This document shows, piece by piece, positions 38,294-47,671 of a DNA stretch of 64,000 nt. The stretch is from positions 32,001 through 96,000 of the IMG/VR virus record IMGVR_UViG_3300045988_168611; one strand, written 5' to 3'. Positions within the stretch are counted from its first letter, which is position 1, and every line of letters begins with the position of its first letter. This DNA comes from a virus. Below the pieces are notes generated by a model that was not told the DNA's origin, ran no database searches, and saw only the letters and a program-made list of their open reading frames with translations. Made by a program: the position numbers and the translations under genes.

Positions 38294-39055
38294 TTAGATG
38301 CCTACTACTTGAGGCTTGACCAACGGTGGATGTTCACACAGAGTCATATGCTTCTGTGTGGCTAGGTATCGCCTTGTTTGCTTCTGCTTCCTGTAGGACT
38401 GTGCGGCTGCGTAAGTCTGCGCGGTCCATTGAAGGGCCATGCACGTCCTGACCCATTCGAGTGTGTAGTGCTCACCTGGGGTATTTTCAGGGTCGATGAT
38501 GTCGCGCATGTCTTCTGAGTAGCTATAAGGATCGGGGTAGAAGGGGACATCAAGCAACTGTTCAAAAGGATGGCGAGAGTCGTCAAATGAGATAGCTTCG
38601 CGAATGGCGTTCATCGTGAGATCGATACGCTCATCATTGTGTGGATATTCATTGTCGACGTACCATTCTTTGATGAGATTCCTAACGTCCTCGAAGAAAG
38701 CATTGGTATCGATAGCCATAATGGCTGCGTTCTTTGTGTGCTCGTTCATATCAAGCTTCTCAGCCCAATAACCGATGGCAATACCTTTATCATTGCAGAA
38801 GTCGAGCAACATATCCTGGTCGCCGTAGCGACGAAGTGTGAATGCACTCATCCAATCACCGTAGATGGTGATGGATCCCGGCGCAGTGATGACATCAAAC
38901 GAGCAGTTGTTAGGTCCGATGGGGTCATCGGGCCAATAGCAATGCAGGTGCTTGTATGCTTCTTGATCATGGCGGATGTCCATGACGTACTTGGATAGCC
39001 TGTGCGTTATATGATCTTTATCGGTTTGCGTGACGCGCGGTTCGTAGTAGACCAT
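38294..39055 (-). CDS. Hypothetical protein (about 253 aa)
   Basis: ATG at 39055 lies 5 nt after GAGAAGGTGG (the track start is GTG at 39064). No motif recognised. Confidence 0.6.
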   Translation of the reverse strand: MVYYEPRVTQTDKDHITHRLSKYVMDIRHDQEAYKHLHCYWPDDPIGPNNCSFDVITAPGSITIYGDWMSAFTLRRYGDQDMLLDFCNDKGIAIGYWAEKLDMNEHTKNAAIMAIDTNAFFEDVRNLIKEWYVDNEYPHNDERIDLTMNAIREAISFDDSRHPFEQLLDVPFYPDPYSYSEDMRDIIDPENTPGEHYTLEWVRTCMALQWTAQTYAAAQSYRKQKQTRRYLATQKHMTLCEHPPLVKPQVVGI

Positions 39056-39092
39056 GGCATCCACCTTCTCTCTGTGTTCTCTCTGTTGCTTG

Positions 39093-39455
39093 TCAGTCCT
39101 GAGTATCGGGAGCGATCGCCTTGATGAAGTCCGGTCGGAATCCGGTCCAGAACGATGCGTCCATGTAGATAGACGTGTCGATCTCGTTTGTCAGTCGATG
39201 GTTCTTGACGAGAACGACGGGTGCAGCCTGTGCACCAAGCGTCTGAGTGACGAACTCATACGCAGTCTTGTAACGCTGATCGGTGAGGCGGATCTCTTCG
39301 TTCTCAAGGTTCATCTCGTGGAAATTGATGCTGTTCTTACGCAGCAGTCGCTTGGTCTGGTCGCACTGGACGCATCTGGACTTGGTAAACACGATGACAT
39401 CATGGTCCATCGTTGCATCGAGCAACTCTCGATCGATAGTAATGTTGTCGGTCAT
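39093..39455 (-). CDS. nrdH: NrdH-like glutaredoxin
   Basis: ATG at 39455 follows AAGGAG. VIVFTKSRCVQCDQTKRLL carries the CVQC redox motif. The C-terminal WTGFRPDFIKAI matches the NrdH WSGFRPD signature. Confidence 0.8.
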   Translation of the reverse strand: MTDNITIDRELLDATMDHDVIVFTKSRCVQCDQTKRLLRKNSINFHEMNLENEEIRLTDQRYKTAYEFVTQTLGAQAAPVVLVKNHRLTNEIDTSIYMDASFWTGFRPDFIKAIAPDTQD

Positions 39456-39468
39456 AGGTTGTATCTCC

Positions 39469-39768
39469 TTACGTTGGTTGGTCATTGAGCAGCTGTAGCT
39501 CATTGATAATACTGTCGACTTCTTCTCGTGTGTACGCGGTGTACACGAGTGCGCCACTACGGCGCATATGGGTGATGACTCGGATTTGTTGGCGTCTGAG
39601 GGAGCCGTTGTCGCTCTTTGTTTCAACGAAACAGGTGGTAGCCGGAGTGACAATGATCTGATCGGGAACACCTCGCATACCGGGGGAGGTGAACTTTGCA
39701 GTCCACCACCCCCGGCGTCGACATTCATCGACAAGATAGCCCTCAACGTAGTGTTCAGGGCGACCCAT
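39469..39768 (-). CDS. VRR-NUC domain nuclease
   Basis: ATG at 39768. The sequence PEHYVEGYLVDECRRRGWW...GMRGVPDQIIV...CFVETKSDNGSLRRQQ...MRRSGALVY fits the E...G.PD...ExK...Q pattern. Confidence 0.7.
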   Translation of the reverse strand: MGRPEHYVEGYLVDECRRRGWWTAKFTSPGMRGVPDQIIVTPATTCFVETKSDNGSLRRQQIRVITHMRRSGALVYTAYTREEVDSIINELQLLNDQPT

Positions 39769-39985
39769 TGGCGATGACCTCCTGCTTATGAGCAGCGTGC
39801 CAACGAATACGGGCTCTGTCTGACGTGAGGGGGTCAGACATGATCCCGCATGAACACTTGGCACGACCCTTGACGTTGGTCTGGTCATCCGGTCCCACTT
39901 CGGGGAAGATTCGATCACCCCACTTGGTGAACGGCTTCCCCTCAGCGATGAGGGTATGGCCTCGTACACGTACTTGCTTAGGCAT
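39755..39985 (-). CDS. Small hypothetical protein (76 aa)
   Basis: The ORF overlaps the VRR-NUC start by 14 nt and lies 22 nt downstream of the polymerase stop. No motif recognised. Confidence 0.45.
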   Translation of the reverse strand: MPKQVRVRGHTLIAEGKPFTKWGDRIFPEVGPDDQTNVKGRAKCSCGIMSDPLTSDRARIRWHAAHKQEVIANGSP

Positions 39986-40007
39986 CGTTGTGCTCCCTTC
40001 TGTTGTT

Positions 40008-43000
40008 TTACTCTTGTTCCGGCTTTTGTTCTGGGATCGTATTCATCCAGTTGGACTCATACGCATCGCAGAACATCTGAGCATAAGTGTCCAGATCCAG
40101 TTGCTCGATGAGAGCGCGGCGCTGATCCTCGCTCAGACACATGAGATCCTCGTTGAGAACCATCATGTGCCAGGTAGGCTCGATACCGGTGATCTTGCGG
40201 ATGGAAATATCCTGATCAACCGGAGCCTGCTGGATGCTGTACTGATGCGCAGTCATTGCATCTGGCGCATAGCCGTTAGCGATCATGATCGCATTGGCGG
40301 TTGCGTCAGTGCGCACCACAGGAGCGTCGCCGCGCTTCTTGCGAGACTGGGCCACTGTGGCGTTGACTTTCCAGGCTCCAGCAGCACGCAAAGAGACTGC
40401 GCCCTCGGTGCCTGGCTTGACAACGAACACTCGGTTGTAGTGCTGGAGCGCTCGCGGGTTGCGAGCAGCCAGCTCAGGAGAATCCTCCTGATCAGCCGGG
40501 ATGGGATCAGCCGCGTAGTGGAAGGTGAGCATACCAGGGGATGCTGCGATCACGTTCTGGAAGAGAAGCAACGCTTCGACGCTGTCCTCCTGATGCGCAA
40601 TAGCCGTCATGATGTCACGCGCAGTATCTAGCTCAACTGGCTTGTTGATCAGCTCTGGATTCGTCACCGCGATAGCTCGTAGATACACAGCCATTGCTCG
40701 ATCGAGAGCAGCGGGGTGCGCCAACGAGTTCGTGGGTGATGGCTTACGCCAACATGCCAGAGATGAGCCGGACGCGCTGAGAATCTTCGCATCCTGAGGT
40801 TTGGCAGTACCGTCTGCATACGCAGGTGGCACAGCCAGCTCGATACGGTTGTTCGAGTCCTTGGAGACCAGAAGGAGCTCTTCGGGTTCAATCAAGACAT
40901 GGATGCGCTCAGATTGCTCATCGAGCACTCGGTTGTTTGTCTCTAGGTCGATGTCTGCTGAGTACAGACCGTCGGTGTTCGTGGAGATGATGCGAGCACC
41001 TTCAAGAGTCTGAGCCTGTCCGATCATCCAGGAGAACAACTGGCCGATCAGCCTCATGGAGATGATCATGTTGTTCATGCGGATGGGCGAGCCTTCGAAC
41101 TCAGTGTCACCTGCACCAGAAGCGCTGTTGAGCAGTAGCTTGACACCGCTTCGTTTGGAGCTGAACATGTCTCGCTCATCAGCAGTGATGGAGGGATCCT
41201 TCATCAGCTGACCGAATCGTTCTTTGTCGAGGTAGAGCTTGCCATAGCGGTCCTCACCCAACGCCTCGTTGTAAAACGCGGAGAGGTTGGTGAGCAGCAA
41301 GGGGTAGTACGACGAGAAGTCCTCGTGGACGGCCTTTGCGACCGATGTCATCGCGTACTTGGGATCAAGCTTGGTCGACCCGTCGCTACGCTTGACGAAG
41401 AGTTCCTTGTTGCGTACCGGTTTGAAGAACGCACCTCGCTCCGGCTTGGGCGACGACTTGCTCATCAAGACCTGTTGCCAAGGAATGACCTGCCCTCCCT
41501 GACTATCTGGCAGAGTGACACGAATGCTCTTGCGGATGGCCATGGCTTGCTCTGGTTCGGGTAGATCCCGAACCTGGAGAGTGTCAATGACTGCGTCAAT
41601 GAGATCTCGCAGAGCATTTGCCTCAGCGTTGTGATCCTTGAAAAGGATCATATTTGCCTCAGCACCATGGATGCCACCGGTTGAGAACGTCGCGAAACAC
41701 GATGTCGGTGTACCGTCCGCTCGGAAGTAGGGGACGTTGGTGGCGCGCTTGGGGATTTCATTAAGCCTGTAGGCTCCGATGACCCCATCGCCGTCGACAT
41801 TGTTACAGTCTGGATCCAGGCTGTAATCTTCCGCGTATGCCTTGCTTCCGTTGAAGTTCTTGCCTCGGATGCTCGCGTAGTATTCGTAGACTTCATTGAA
41901 AGCAGCGCGAGCACGGTTGTCTTCGATGTTCTCGTAGAAGAAGCTCTTGGCCAGTTCGAGAACGTCGAACTGTTCGATACCCAGTTCCTGGGCACGCTGC
42001 TTGGATGGATACATGAACGACACCGTTTTGATGTCCTTCAGCCTCTCGTAGGGCGCGAGAACGCGCGCAACGAACTTGGCTGAGGTTGAGTCAGGGGTGA
42101 GGCGATCGCGTCTGACGCGGTTTGGTCGACAATCTGGCTTTGACTTGGAACCGTCGACAGCCTGATAGACAGTCTCAGGGTAATCGACCATGAGCGCATG
42201 CTTGAGGTCGAAACCACCTGAGTACGTTGGGTGATCAGCCAGATATGCCAGGTTGACGACATCGCTCACGTTGTAAGCGATAAGTTCAACCAGGTCATCG
42301 ATTGTTTCGATGATCGAGTCATGCTTCAATCGATCAGATTCGAGGATCTGATAACCCAGCATGCCGAGTAGGCGCTTGAGGCCCACACGTTGCTGCTTCT
42401 CATTGAAGCGTGCGATGTCGAGGTGTCGGCCAGAATGCAGCATGGCCCGCCTGACCTTGTTGGCGGTTCCGTCCCAGCCCTTACCGTTAGCAACAGCAGA
42501 AGAGGTGAGGTACGACGGCATCTGGCGGATGTATTCATCCGTGAAGAGCGCGTCGTTGTGTCGACGGATCTCAGCGGCAGTGACAGGTGTGGTGCGCTGG
42601 AACGCAAGCTTGCATGTGTCCATCATCTCTTCGTAGATACGACGTTTTTCATCGTCTGTCGAGGCGAGCATGGCACGCTCATGGGCCTGGCGGACAGGCT
42701 CTTGAATGCTTTCCATGACGCTTGCGAGATAGATGGCCATGAGGGTCGTATCGTAGTTGGCGGAGTTGTAGCCACACACGAACGGATGAGTCTCAGGATC
42801 GTAGTTCGGATCTGTGTCACACACAGGTCGATACTCTCGCAGGTACGTGCTCTGGGAACGTGGGTCGTTCACAGAAGCTGCATCGCTGAGCCCAATGATG
42901 TGAGCCAGAGTGTGGTTGGCTTGCCACGTACTTAGGTTATGCAACCGTAGGATGGGGTTTTCGTCTGGCTTCCACAGGCGAGCCCATGCCGGATTGCGCT

Positions 43001-43199
43001 TGAGGATAGCCATGAGCACCGTGTGGTGGTCCAGGTCGCGGCGACGCAGCGCATCACCAACGGGGGTGCCCACGTCGACGAGATAGAACACATTGAGAGC
43101 GCGGGTTTCACGGTCGAAGAAAGCGACGGTGAAGACGTTTGTCAGTGACTCGATGTCCCAGAAGACGAATCGAGCTTTTTTATAGGTGGTTCGCTTCAT
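40008..43199 (-). CDS. Family-B DNA polymerase with 3'-5' exonuclease domain
   Basis: Exo I FVFWDIESL, Exo II GYNSANYDTTLM, Exo III YNVSDVVNL. Pol motif A is DFSSYYPLLL (DxxSLYPS), motif B is KLLLNSASGAG (KxxxNSxYG) and motif C is ISTNTDGLY (YxDTDS). Confidence 0.85.
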   Translation of the reverse strand: MKRTTYKKARFVFWDIESLTNVFTVAFFDRETRALNVFYLVDVGTPVGDALRRRDLDHHTVLMAILKRNPAWARLWKPDENPILRLHNLSTWQANHTLAHIIGLSDAASVNDPRSQSTYLREYRPVCDTDPNYDPETHPFVCGYNSANYDTTLMAIYLASVMESIQEPVRQAHERAMLASTDDEKRRIYEEMMDTCKLAFQRTTPVTAAEIRRHNDALFTDEYIRQMPSYLTSSAVANGKGWDGTANKVRRAMLHSGRHLDIARFNEKQQRVGLKRLLGMLGYQILESDRLKHDSIIETIDDLVELIAYNVSDVVNLAYLADHPTYSGGFDLKHALMVDYPETVYQAVDGSKSKPDCRPNRVRRDRLTPDSTSAKFVARVLAPYERLKDIKTVSFMYPSKQRAQELGIEQFDVLELAKSFFYENIEDNRARAAFNEVYEYYASIRGKNFNGSKAYAEDYSLDPDCNNVDGDGVIGAYRLNEIPKRATNVPYFRADGTPTSCFATFSTGGIHGAEANMILFKDHNAEANALRDLIDAVIDTLQVRDLPEPEQAMAIRKSIRVTLPDSQGGQVIPWQQVLMSKSSPKPERGAFFKPVRNKELFVKRSDGSTKLDPKYAMTSVAKAVHEDFSSYYPLLLTNLSAFYNEALGEDRYGKLYLDKERFGQLMKDPSITADERDMFSSKRSGVKLLLNSASGAGDTEFEGSPIRMNNMIISMRLIGQLFSWMIGQAQTLEGARIISTNTDGLYSADIDLETNNRVLDEQSERIHVLIEPEELLLVSKDSNNRIELAVPPAYADGTAKPQDAKILSASGSSLACWRKPSPTNSLAHPAALDRAMAVYLRAIAVTNPELINKPVELDTARDIMTAIAHQEDSVEALLLFQNVIAASPGMLTFHYAADPIPADQEDSPELAARNPRALQHYNRVFVVKPGTEGAVSLRAAGAWKVNATVAQSRKKRGDAPVVRTDATANAIMIANGYAPDAMTAHQYSIQQAPVDQDISIRKITGIEPTWHMMVLNEDLMCLSEDQRRALIEQLDLDTYAQMFCDAYESNWMNTIPEQKPEQE

Positions 43200-43230
43200 G
43201 AGCGATGACCCCCTTTCGTTGATATGTCGT

Positions 43231-43818
43231 TCAGAAGAGCGTCTCTAGCTGAGGTGGCTCATGCGGGATGTAGTTCTCGATGTAGTGCTTGACGGCACTT
43301 TCAGCATCATCAGCGTAGATGCCACACAGTGTGTCGTAATCGGGGTGATCGGGGGATACAATCCACACATCGCCTCGTGCCCATGCGGCAAAGGTGTCAA
43401 TGTTGTCACGAGCTGAACCGTAACCCTCCTTGACTGCTGCGATGATAGTGAACCAGCTGGATTGACTGGTGTGAATTGTCATCATCTCGATGTCATATGA
43501 GGGGTGATTCAGTTTGGCGTTGTGGATCCATTCTTCCAACCACGCGCTGTTGATGTCGCTTGGATCATCGATGTCATGTTTCTCCATGGCCTGAAGAAGA
43601 TCGTTGATGACCGGGTTGTCATTGTAGTCATTGATGTCGTCGGTTCGCGTGTTGCGATCGGCGTTGATGACAACGAGAGCTGCCTCTTCGTGGGTGAGCC
43701 ACGACCTGGGATCGTCGGCGTCAGTGTCCTGGTAGACGGTGTAGTTGACGCCGTTGGGATCTGTATACACATCGTCTTGACGAATGTATCCAGCGTGGGT
43801 GGTGTGTTCCAGAATCAT
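43231..43818 (-). CDS. Hypothetical acidic protein (195 aa)
   Basis: ATG at 43818 follows GAAAGGA (the track start is GTG at 43860). No motif recognised. Confidence 0.55.
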   Translation of the reverse strand: MILEHTTHAGYIRQDDVYTDPNGVNYTVYQDTDADDPRSWLTHEEAALVVINADRNTRTDDINDYNDNPVINDLLQAMEKHDIDDPSDINSAWLEEWIHNAKLNHPSYDIEMMTIHTSQSSWFTIIAAVKEGYGSARDNIDTFAAWARGDVWIVSPDHPDYDTLCGIYADDAESAVKHYIENYIPHEPPQLETLF

Positions 43819-43862
43819 TGGGGATCCTTTCTGAACACCTGGGGAAATTGCGGTGTTCACGG

Positions 43863-43871
43863 TTGAATAAA
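43863..43871 (-). promoter_or_regulatory. TTTATTCAA box between two hairpins upstream of the 43818 gene
   Basis: The minus strand runs: hairpin 43925-43876 (CACGACCCCTG/CAGGGGTCGTG), TTTATTCAA, hairpin 43858-43833 (GAACACC/GGTGTTC), RBS. Confidence 0.35.
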
Positions 43872-43936
43872 TGGATCACGACCCCTGACTCGTCCCAGTT
43901 TGTATGTGGGGGAGCAGGGGTCGTGTGTCTGAATGG

Positions 43937-45694
43937 TTAGTTCACAGCGTTAGTGCGGTTTGGATCGTCTTGATCGTCATCTGTTGATCCAGTAGTGGAG
44001 GCAACAGTGGCGCGTAGGAGTCCTCGTGTGGAGATCGGTATGTTGTGAGGGATACCGATCTTGCGCATAGAGCCTCCGGCCGGTTGGATGTCAATCCAAT
44101 CGTGGAGATCGTACTCGACAGCCAGTGGTTCATCACCAACAATGCGGTTCTTGGTGCGTGTGGCCGTTGGTGTGACGATCCAGTTCTTACCCTCATCGGG
44201 CGTGTCTTGAAGCACAAGTGTCAGCTGCTGGACGAACTTGTTGTAGCCCAAAGGCAGGTTCGATGGCTGATCTTTGACCAACCACGCTCGGTAGAGCGCG
44301 TAGAGGAATCGCCACGGGAGCAGATCCCAGACCATGCGATCGAGGAACTCTTCGACAAACGCTCTGATGGGGTCGTTTTCGATCTTGTACCGATGGAGCG
44401 CCATTTTGACGGCAGCGGGCTCAGACAGCTCGTAGAAGTTGCCGCTCAGTACACGGTGGAGGACATATTCCAACACCTCGGTGCGGTGCATGTAATCTTG
44501 CTTGATGTACTTGCGCTCAGCACCTGTGAATGACTTGTTGAACGGGATGATGAGCTGCCGACGGTAGAGCGATCCAGACTTGTCTCGGAACCGAGGCGTG
44601 TCGTTCACGCACTGCACCATGAAACCCCTGAATTGGTATGCGATAGGGGTCTTGTTCTTGCGGTTGATCAAGATGACATCATTGGTGATGACAGCCTTGA
44701 GATTTGCCGCCTTATCGACATATTCACCGACATCGTTCTCATCAACAAGGACCGCGTTGGTCCTGATGAGAGGCTCAAGGTGGAAATCCTTGCCGAAATC
44801 GGCAACGGAGATAGAAGTCCACGCACGCTCACCGCACAGGTTACGCATGAGCGTGAGAAGCGTGCCTTTACCGTTGTTGCCAACTTCGGAGAGAAGCCAT
44901 GCAGTCTTGTCCCAAGCGACGTTTGGCCTGATGATGGCCGACATGATCTCCCACAGGAGGTTCACGATCTCGGGATCGTCGTTGAGATCATCCATCCACG
45001 ATTCGATGTCCCAGTCGGTACCGTCTGCATCGTTATGAATGACGGGGTTGACTGGGTTGTCCTTGTAGTCGATCGCAGATTTCGCGGTAAAGACGATCTC
45101 AGGTGTGAACGGCAACAGTTGCTTTGATTTATAGTCAAAGATGCCGTTGTTAACTGCCACGAGATCGCGGTTGGTGTTCACCATGACGCGAGGAGCATTA
45201 TCCCTGAGCATGTCGATCACGTGGTCAAGTTCTTTAGGTGAAATTGAGTAGTTGTATTCACGGGCAAGTACTCGGATAGAGACTTCATCAGTGACGTAAA
45301 TGCCGGTATCTGGACCGTGGTTCATGTATACGGCGAGCACGTCGTAATTGGGATCTGTGTTCTTATCCGAGAGCATGATATTTACGACCCGGTTGCGATG
45401 GAGCATGCAATCGGCGATCACTGCCGGTGAGAGTGCGCTCAGTGTCTGAAAGGCTCGTGTGCCCTTGAGCTCATAGTTCGCGTTTTCTGCGATCAACCGG
45501 TTGTTGATGCGGTTGAGTAGCTGGAACTCAACGCCTTTCGCATCAAGGACTTCTTGGTTCTGTGTGGCAAAAAACAGCTCGACCTCATCAGAGATCAGTT
45601 GGTTGCGCGGCGGCAACATAGCCTGACTAGGCTTTGCCTGCTTCTGAGCAGGGGCAGAGGTAGTAGAGGCGGTGTTTGTCGTCATTGAAGCCAC
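43937..45694 (-). CDS. D5/P4-type SF3 replicative helicase (phage/plasmid primase C-terminal family)
   Basis: LLSEVGNNGKGTLLTLMRNLCG (Walker A), AVLVDENDVG (Walker B), then ...ITNDVILINRKNKTPIAYQFRGFMVQCVNDTPRFRDKSGSLYRRQLIIPF. The start is ambiguous (GTG 45694 or ATG 45685). Confidence 0.8.
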   Translation of the reverse strand: MASMTTNTASTTSAPAQKQAKPSQAMLPPRNQLISDEVELFFATQNQEVLDAKGVEFQLLNRINNRLIAENANYELKGTRAFQTLSALSPAVIADCMLHRNRVVNIMLSDKNTDPNYDVLAVYMNHGPDTGIYVTDEVSIRVLAREYNYSISPKELDHVIDMLRDNAPRVMVNTNRDLVAVNNGIFDYKSKQLLPFTPEIVFTAKSAIDYKDNPVNPVIHNDADGTDWDIESWMDDLNDDPEIVNLLWEIMSAIIRPNVAWDKTAWLLSEVGNNGKGTLLTLMRNLCGERAWTSISVADFGKDFHLEPLIRTNAVLVDENDVGEYVDKAANLKAVITNDVILINRKNKTPIAYQFRGFMVQCVNDTPRFRDKSGSLYRRQLIIPFNKSFTGAERKYIKQDYMHRTEVLEYVLHRVLSGNFYELSEPAAVKMALHRYKIENDPIRAFVEEFLDRMVWDLLPWRFLYALYRAWLVKDQPSNLPLGYNKFVQQLTLVLQDTPDEGKNWIVTPTATRTKNRIVGDEPLAVEYDLHDWIDIQPAGGSMRKIGIPHNIPISTRGLLRATVASTTGSTDDDQDDPNRTNAVN

Positions 45695-46127
45695 ATCCTC
45701 GTCATGTTGGATGCGGCGTTAGTGGAGTGCAGCATGTGGGACCTTCTTTCAATTCTAAGGAGCACGAGCGGTGGGACTGCCGCGCATGTGGGATACAGGG
45801 AAGTACTCGTACGCCAGAGGAATCGTACATCATATGGGGTTACCGCGCAAGCTGCGCACGGTGTTCAACGACCATGTTACCGGTCGTCATCTTCCGTTGT
45901 CTCTCGACGCGCGGTAGCGCGTTATCCAGAGAGACTACAAGAGTGTGAGGTCTCGTGTGCCCTAGATGCGTCTGTGGGGCTCTGAAATGACCTCAATGCA
46001 TCTGAGTGCCGGTTTTTGTCTCCCAGGGCCGTAGAGACGCGCCTGGGGGCCTTCTCGGGGATGTGGAGCCTCTTCAGCGGAGCGCATTGCTCATGAGGGT
46101 AGGTTGGCGGATGCTGTGAGAGGGGCC

Positions 46128-46650
46128 TGTAGCAGTTTTTCTTCTGTATGTAGCAGATGTAGAAAAATATCTGCTACAGGGTTTTTCGGCGGTATTACAC
46201 GAGAAAGTTCTTATTGAGAATTACTTTTAATAAATATCTGCTACATATATAACCGTTGGTATTTCAAGGAAAAACCTGATTTGTAGCAGATGTAGCAGAT
46301 ATTTTCCTCGCTATGCACGCATGTGCGCACACGCACGTGTGATACCTGGAGAAGCTGTTTCTGTCAACCCTGAGAATCGATGTATTCCGTATCGTGAGAT
46401 TATTACTTGACTATGTTTCAGGATGCGTGTATCACGCGCACATACGCGCATGCGCACCTGAAGACTTGGGTCGAAAAAGCTGCTACATCTGCTACGAGCG
46501 GTACTTTTCGTTGCAATGATGCGCGAAAGTGCCGTAGCGGCTATTTTTGGTTCTGTAGCAGCTTTTGCTACACATGTTGTTTAGCTTGATATTCCAAGGA
46601 AAACAGGGGTGTCGTATGTAGCGGTTTTTGTTGCAACATTTGCTACAGCT
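46128..46650. other. Candidate vegetative replication origin: iteron array plus AT-rich stretch
   Basis: At least 12 copies of TGTAGCAG(AT)/(AT)CTGCTACA occur in both orientations (46128, 46149, 46167, 46234, 46282 and 46291 tandem, 46479 and 46488 tandem, 46553, 46566, 46617, 46641). An AT-rich segment lies at 46200-46260. A second repeat, ATT(T/C)CAAGGAAAAC, occurs at 46261 and 46581. An imperfect inverted GCGCAC-rich pair lies at 46318-46345 and 46427-46457. The array is adjacent to the helicase gene. Confidence 0.65.
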
Positions 46651-46863
46651 TGCTTTTCAGCTGTGCGTTGGTGATCGGGACCACAGTTGGCTGGGCTGTC
46701 GTTTTTCAATATATGTCGGAGATCACAATCGGCCCCATTGTCTCTATGCGCATTGGTGTTGCGTGTATGTGCGATGTTTGTGTATACTTGCGTCGACAGG
46801 TTGATTCGGGTTCGTGGAACGCACCTCTAAGATCTGGGACGATGTGGGACCGCACAACGTGAG

Positions 46864-46904
46864 ACGAACGGGAGCTGGTGGGACGGCTCCCGTTCGTGTT
46901 TTTG
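46864..46904 (+). terminator. Plus-strand rho-independent terminator downstream of the origin region
   Basis: ACGAACGGGAGC pairs with GCTCCCGTTCGT, followed by GTTTTTGG. Confidence 0.6.
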
Positions 46905-46922
46905 GGGAGAAGTCGCAGCAAG

Positions 46923-46965
46923 ATAAAACAGGGGCCATCCGGTGAGGATGGCCCCTGTTCTTTTC
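46923..46965. terminator. Bidirectional terminator (serves the minus-strand 47015-47527 gene)
   Basis: AACAGGGGCCATCC pairs with GGATGGCCCCTGTT, with CTTTTC on the + strand and TTTTATCT on the - strand. Confidence 0.7.
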
Positions 46966-47014
46966 GCGAAAGGATCGCTTTTCACGATCCCGAGTCTGTG
47001 TGTCTACGGTGATG

Positions 47015-47527
47015 TCATGCCGCCTGAGTACGTGCACGGTACTTTGCCTGCTGCTTAGCACGGTGCTTGGCGGGGTTCCACCGTAGAGAATGGCGGTCTG
47101 CGAGTCGTTCACGCTGAGCCTTCTGCTCCGCGAGGAACTCAGCTCGGGTGAGTCCTCCGTGGTTCTGGCGCTGACGCCACAGCTCGAACTCCCAGGAAGA
47201 CGTGTCAGGCAGCGCGTAGATGAACTCAGCAGCGTACACGCGAGCTCGCTTCAGGAAGACGATGCGCTCGCGGATGAGGACGCCGCGACGATCGCGGATT
47301 CGCCTCTTGGTCTCCCGGTATTGCCAGTTGCTCAGGAGATCCTGCTTTGTTTCGCTGGGCAGGCGGTTGTACACCACGTGTCGCAGGATTGCGCCAGGGG
47401 TACCATCGAATCCTGTGATACCTTCTCCTGGCTTCGGAGGATCCCATGGAAGCCCGAGATCCTTTGGCAGATTCGGAATGACGATGTTCTGCTTGTTGTC
47501 GTAGATGAGACCACGTTGGATAATCAT
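47015..47527 (-). CDS. Hypothetical basic protein (170 aa)
   Basis: ATG at 47527 follows AAAGGAGG. The C-terminus is Arg/Lys-rich. No motif recognised. Confidence 0.6.
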   Translation of the reverse strand: MIIQRGLIYDNKQNIVIPNLPKDLGLPWDPPKPGEGITGFDGTPGAILRHVVYNRLPSETKQDLLSNWQYRETKRRIRDRRGVLIRERIVFLKRARVYAAEFIYALPDTSSWEFELWRQRQNHGGLTRAEFLAEQKAQRERLADRHSLRWNPAKHRAKQQAKYRARTQAA

Positions 47528-47594
47528 GGTGATCCTCCTTTCTGAAAGCCTTAGTTTTGAAAGATTTGAAGAAACTTGTTTCTTCACTCCAATC

Positions 47595-47660
47595 CCCGGT
47601 TCGTACCGTGTACGAACCGGGAGGTGTGACGGGGGTACTCCACCCACCGTCACACCTCCC
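47595..47660 (-). terminator. Two abutting perfect hairpins downstream of the CPBP gene
   Basis: The first is CCCGGTTCGTAC-cgt-GTACGAACCGGG (47595-47621). The second is GGGAGGTGTGACGG-14 nt-CCGTCACACCTCCC (47619-47660). They share the GGG. Confidence 0.55.
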
Positions 47661-47671
47661 ATGTATCTCCA

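Noticed and set aside
45700-46120. Overlapping 90-93-aa plus-strand ORFs and a 49-aa GTG-initiated ORF after AAGGAG at about 45760.
   Set aside because: The translations are compositionally odd with no motif or conservation cue. The region is more simply the promoter/leader of the divergent helicase gene and the flank of the origin.
46128-46650. Possible CRISPR array (also considered for 54628-54991).
   Set aside because: The repeats are only 8-14 nt, occur in both orientations or at irregular 9-130-nt spacing, and no cas genes are present. They fit iterons or binding arrays better.
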